Assembly (NCBI GenBank): GCA_013265495.1
Contig: MU060707.1
Span: forward strand, 2,147,247-2,211,246
Direction of reading: 5' to 3'
DNA from: Vicugna vicugna
Taxonomy: Eukaryota
Length of the DNA: 64,000 nucleotides
The translations under genes were made by a program, and so were the position numbers. This document shows, in pieces, positions 63,301 through 64,000 of this stretch; position 1 is the first letter of the stretch, and each line of letters begins with the position of its first letter. A model generated the notes under the pieces. The model saw only the letters and a program-made list of their open reading frames with translations. It was not told the DNA's origin and did no database searches.

Positions 63301-64000
63301 AGGAATCATCATGAGGTGTGCGTTAAGTGCTGTCGTAGCTTCAAGATCCTTCCCTTTAAAAGGAGATGGTCTCTTCTTAAACTTCCCATGTCTTTTTGTT
63401 GACTAAGCCAGGTGTGACCTCCCTAGGAATGACAGTGCAGAAGCAGAGGCGTGTGCCTCACTGCTGTGCTGTGTTGACAACAAGGTTTAGAAATGTGCCG
63501 TGGATCCCCACAGGCTCTGGAGAAACGCCTACCTGTTTCAGGAAAATGTCAGTACTCTTGGGTCTTCCTTTCAGTAGGAAAGGCATAGATCAGTCCAACA
63601 GCAGCAAAGCTTATCTGATTCCATAGCTGAAGTCTCTGAGATACAGCCATTGATAATGCCTTTCCCCCGCTGAGAAACAGATTCCTTACACCTCTAATTC
63701 CATCCCTTATCCTCATCTATGCTTTCTGCCAGGATCAAATATCTTAGTATTCTGATTAATGGAGATTAATTTGCTGTTGGTGGATTCTATGAGTGGTTTT
63801 GCTTTATCTTTCCAAATACTATTTTTGATCCAGGAATATAACACTATGTTATTATCTGTGGTCAAGTCAGATATAGAATATTACTCTTCAAAGTGATCCC
63901 AGAAAGCCCAGTGAAAGGAGGGGTGAATCAGAAGTGGGGGGAGGGAATGGACATTGAAAGGGGCAGTATCAGCTGGATACCTGTAGTGGACTAGGGTTTA

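Larger units (their letters stand above)
6640..63900 (-). repeat. Ancient decayed head-to-tail tandem array of an unidentified 4-9 kb unit (about 9-11 full or partial copies)
   Basis: Landmarks recur in the same orientation and order. Head motif ctctcctgggaagagattcc at about 11061, 21053, 31273, 36087, 48421, 63665 (partial about 54220). Motif cctgttgaaggatggtccacctggg at about 28637, 32312, 42293, 44721, 49658, 55115. Motif ctgctgaccatcagc...gcagggacctcactg at about 24360, 29155, 32876, 45270, 50641, 51052, 55672. Motif ctttcctgtgattctcaag at about 27560, 35816, 47636. Motif ctgtgct..gatccaggagaagac at about 26900, 34672, 46981, 60643. Confidence 0.9.
54425..63900 (-). pseudogene. Array unit U9 (most complete module set; interrupted by the gap and L1s)
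   Basis: Landmarks at 54980, 55115, 55390, 55672, 56240, 57000-57240, 60643, 60890, 61860-62520, 63040-63230; head at 63665, acceptor at 63726. The head lacks the ERVL LTR. Confidence 0.8.

Noticed and set aside
6640-63900. Naming the array unit as SPATA31/FAM205, CCDC168, LRRC37, ALMS1, NPAP1 or GVIN1
   Set aside because: I found none of the diagnostic motifs I remember (for example SPATA31 QLFWGLPSLHSESL or HCPRHC, ALMS1 47-aa repeats, a GTPase P-loop). Only architectural resemblance remains, so no gene symbol is given.
1-64000. CRISPR array, tRNA/rRNA genes, C/D-box snoRNA or miRNA cluster as the repeated unit
   Set aside because: There is no repeat-spacer periodicity, cloverleaf or rRNA similarity, no recurring box C/D pair with a terminal stem, and no 60-90 nt hairpin conserved across units was seen. 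A computational fold scan was not possible.

Overview
This is mammalian genomic DNA with no intact protein-coding gene that I can support. The L1 5'UTR/ORF1 looks cetartiodactyl, possibly camelid (low confidence). No Alu, B1/B2, Bov-A, CHR or Can-SINE is recognisable, and there is one 137-N gap. From about 6.6 kb to the window end, most of the sequence is one ancient, decayed, head-to-tail tandem array of roughly 9-11 full or partial copies of an unidentified 4-9 kb unit. Copies are about 65-75% identical by eye. The unit carries residual minus-strand reading frames and a conserved minus-strand 3' splice acceptor, so it looks like the wreck of a large-exon gene that I cannot name. Old LTRs shared at the same position in several copies show that much of the amplification happened after those insertions. 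Also present: a full-length FTL processed pseudogene (TSDs, dead IRE) split by a solo ERV1 LTR, an ERV1 gag remnant, several L1 fragments, a rearranged L1, a MER44-type Tigger element, and three near-identical 350-410 bp tandem duplications that may be assembly artefacts. The leading hypothesis, which is inference and untested, is a pseudogene-array-derived germline piRNA cluster or lncRNA locus transcribed antisense to the ancestral gene. All identities and alignments were made by eye, and boundaries are approximate unless TSDs are cited.
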